A DNA stretch of 64,000 bases from Podarcis muralis (lineage: Eukaryota). Made by a program: the position numbers and the translations under genes. The stretch's first letter is position 1; each line of letters opens with the position of its first letter. The notes under the pieces are model-generated. The model ran no database searches, was not told the DNA's origin, and worked only from the letters and a program-made list of their open reading frames with translations. Positions 61,052-64,000 of the stretch are shown here, one piece after another. The stretch spans positions 37,944,001 to 38,008,000 of the forward strand of contig NC_135670.1 in NCBI RefSeq assembly GCF_964188315.1. The letters are read 5' to 3'.

Positions 61052-63389
61052 CTTGGAGCCAACAGGGATGCCAAAAGTCAGATTTCTATCTCATCTCATC
61101 TACCATAAACTACCTTACAAGAACATTCATTTAATGACTCTGGGTTATTTTGATAAAGGGAACATGCCAATGATCTGATCCATGAAAACCTGCATGTTCG
61201 AAATTTCCCATCAGGGCCTCTGAATGACACGATTTATTTTATATACACTTCGGCGCTCTGATATTGATTGTGTTCATGGCCTGATTAAATGTACATGGGG
61301 TTTGGCAAGATGGATGATGAAACCCAGCAATTTGAGATAATTACTAAGTTATCTCCTTGGAGCATTGAGCTCTGCGAGTTATAGTAAGATCAAAATAATA
61401 ATGCATACTTGTTATTGAGTAGTGCTCTAGTAATTGCGAGTGCCCCAGGCAAGCAAGCAGTCCAGCTGCAAACTGGTGCCCTGAAGGGAGCTTCCTAGTT
61501 TTTCCAACACTCTTCCTCAATCACACCTGCACCATTTCCCCCAACTGTACATGTGTTACCAATGGAGACATGATATTCAGGGATGTTTCCTTGTACAAGA
61601 GTTAAGGGAAGGGAGAAAATAGTTAAAATAACACCGGCTCCAGTTGCAGGTGCAATACAGAATGTTACATTTCCTTACAGAAATGGTTAGTGTATGCAGA
61701 CATTTGTTTTTCTAAACACTTCAGAAATCCCACACTGCCTGGGCTAACAGCTGAAACTGACTAGTTATTGTATATAAAAATATAGATAAATGCCTATGGA
61801 AGTGGGGAATTTCCTTTTGTCATCTTAGAGTTGGATAGCAATGTGAGGGACTCATGAAGGTGACAATGGAGGCTTAAATGCAGTGGTACAACTTGAAACA
61901 TACAATACATGTGGTTGTGCCATGTGGGAAGGGAAAGGGCAGTAAGGTCATGAAATAGACAGAGTGACTGACAGAGACAAACTGAAGTTCCAATATTTCC
62001 TATTTATTGGGGGGGGGGGATAATATATAAGATCCTTCTTGAGTTTTCACTGTTACCCCACAGTATGAGGTTCAATATGAGCATTCTTGGGGCAGTACAA
62101 TTGTTGCATGGTGAACACTCTTGGATTTGCAGACAATAAAGTGCCCCTGTTGATGGAAGCACCTAAGGGAAAGGCTATACTTGGAGACTAAAGCTTGGCA
62201 GGGTGTTATAAGTTCTCCTGAGGTCTTCACGGTGTTGTTCCTAAGCAAGCAACCTGGGTTCCACTGAACCTTCCCAGTTCAATGAAAAATGGAAAGCTGG
62301 CTCAAAGAGGAATTGTGGGTTTTGTGTTCCATTTGTATTTGACCCTTGTCACTCCTGGCTTATAAAAACTAGTAGGGAGAAGGCAGCCAGCTGGCTCAGG
62401 GTCACACTGTGATTGGTGATTTTAACCCTGATCTCCTAGGTCCACCTAATATCCCTCCACTTAATTCTACTTCCTTTAGAGAAGAAATAGAAGTGAATAA
62501 GCTGGAGGAAGGCCATAGGGAGAACTCAGAATACATAGAAGATAACACTCAACTGTTCTTTTGTGAGCAGGGCATCCCAGATTCAAAGAAGTCAGCCTGC
62601 TCTCTGATTGGATCCAGGAATGTCCTGGGATCCGTGTGTACTCCTTTGGGCAGCCACCATTGAGGAGCACAACTTTCTGCTCTTCTCAGTGTCTAAATAA
62701 GGTTAGCAATGAAAGAAGGCTGTTGTGGTGGCTGCTGGGAGAAGCCAGACTCTCCTCCAATCAAAGCGCACGGAGGGAGCTGAAAAACATTGATTTGCCA
62801 GGTTGGCAGAGCGATGAAGCAAGGACAGCCCTTTGCTTCGCCTTTCCCAGCCCCAGTGGATAACTGTGGCTTACTGGCACCACTGGGGTGTGCAGAGCGC
62901 ATGGCCCCTGGGAACTGTGAGCTCAGCAGGAAGGTGGCGGCAGCACATGGAAAGGAGTGGGCCATGAGTTGCTGCTGGCACAGGGGGAGCAGGAGGCAAA
63001 GGGGCTCTGGGTGCTCTCTGCCCCTCTGGCAGTGGTGGGGGCTGTTCAATGGGCACTCTTTCCCTCCCTCCCACTGGGCTAGCACCAAGGAAGCTACGGC
63101 CCTCACAGTTCCTCAAGTGCTGGAGCCCAGTGGAGGAGAGGTGGCCACTGCCCCTACTCCTCCTCCTCTCTGCTACTTCCACCTCATGCTCAGGCCTGAG
63201 CTGGAAGTGGAGCAGCAGTCTGGTGGTGAAAGGCAGCCCTGAAGAAGCTGTGGCCGCCAGAGTAGAGGATAGGGGCTGTGCTGCTGCCGCTGCCAATACT
63301 GCAGCTACTTCCACCCCCGGCATTTTGACTCGCGCCCATGTCTTGGATCCAAAGTGGAAAGTATGCATAGAGGCCCCGGTAGCTTAAGG

Positions 63390-63848
63390 AGCTACTGGGT
63401 GAGGTCCCATAGTCTGGAATGAATAGAATGGAGCCCAATAGGGATGGGAGCTTCTAAATGAGAAATGTTGAAGGCCCAAAGGCAGACAATTCCAACTAGA
63501 AAGAAAAGTGGGAGGCATCTAAGGAAACCGATGTGGCTGCATAAGGAGCTTACAGATGAGCTGAGAGTCAGGAAGGACATGTGTAAGAAATGGAAGAAAG
63601 CAGAAATCACAAAGGAGGAAAATACAGCAGTTTAGGATGAAGATCCAGGCTGGTTAAAGCTCAGAATAAGCAAGCGAGATTAAAAGTAATTCTAAATAAG
63701 GTTTATTTGGCTATGTTCAAAGCAAGAGGAAGAACAAGCAAGTGGTAGGTGACAGAGGGAAGGTAGAACTACTGAACACCTACTTTGCTTCTGTCTTCAC
63801 CCAAAAGGAAAGCAGTGTCCAACCTGGAGATAACAAAATAAATGATGT
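63390..63848 (+). mobile_element. CR1 LINE ORF2 fragment (mirror copy of 3903-4745, without the SINE)
   Basis: Encodes the same LKAQRQTIPTRKKSGRHLRKPMWLHKEL segment, followed by an ELLNTYFASVFT motif. Confidence 0.82.
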
Positions 63849-63859
63849 AAGAAGGGAGA

Positions 63860-64000
63860 TGTAGTCTAAGAGGAGGAGGAGGACGAATAAGTCACTGGAA
63901 ATAGAAGCACTAGAATATAAACCAGGAAAACAGAGTAAAGCGAACAGTAGTTAAATACAGCAATGACTCTTAAGTTTTTGTCCTGGAATGTGAATGGTTT
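63860..64000 (+). mobile_element. L1-clade LINE: inter-ORF region and start of ORF2 endonuclease, running off the window
   Basis: ATG at 63963 gives MTLKFLSWNVNG, the SWNVNG motif of the APE domain N-terminus. Confidence 0.75.

Overview
Eukaryotic genomic DNA from a squamate reptile, most likely a lacertid lizard (inferred from Sauria SINEs, BovB/RTE, CR1 and the MITE families). The window is a vomeronasal type-2 receptor (V2R, class C GPCR) gene cluster. I rebuilt the six-exon gene models by hand from GT-AG junctions and exon phases. One subfamily has five near-identical copies. A (6485-12807 +, 882 aa) and D (53779-61051 -, 882 aa) are intact. B (21681-29207 +) has a 1-bp deletion in exon 3. 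C (32851-39001 -) has a +1 frameshift at the end of TM7. B' (16412-17812 +) has only exons 1-2 and a premature stop. A second, diverged subfamily has one intact gene E (40065-50468 -, 875 aa) and exon 1 of gene F (846-1063 -), which runs off the left edge. The plus-strand and minus-strand copies form a large inverted arrangement with a junction at about 31.4-31.8 kb. The rest is transposon-derived: BovB/RTE, L1, CR1, L2, Sauria and Squam3-like SINEs, Tc1/mariner and hAT MITEs, two LTRs and a Penelope fold-back. The most notable observations are: a conserved homeodomain-like upstream motif shared by all seven V2R copies; exon-by-exon mosaicism supporting all three possible four-gene trees; half-MITEs sitting on the rearrangement junctions; a degenerate hammerhead-ribozyme motif in the Penelope repeat; and an LTR with a tRNA-Ser(CGA) primer site in an intron. 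I found no prokaryotic system, CRISPR array or true tRNA/rRNA gene. All alignments and counts are manual.
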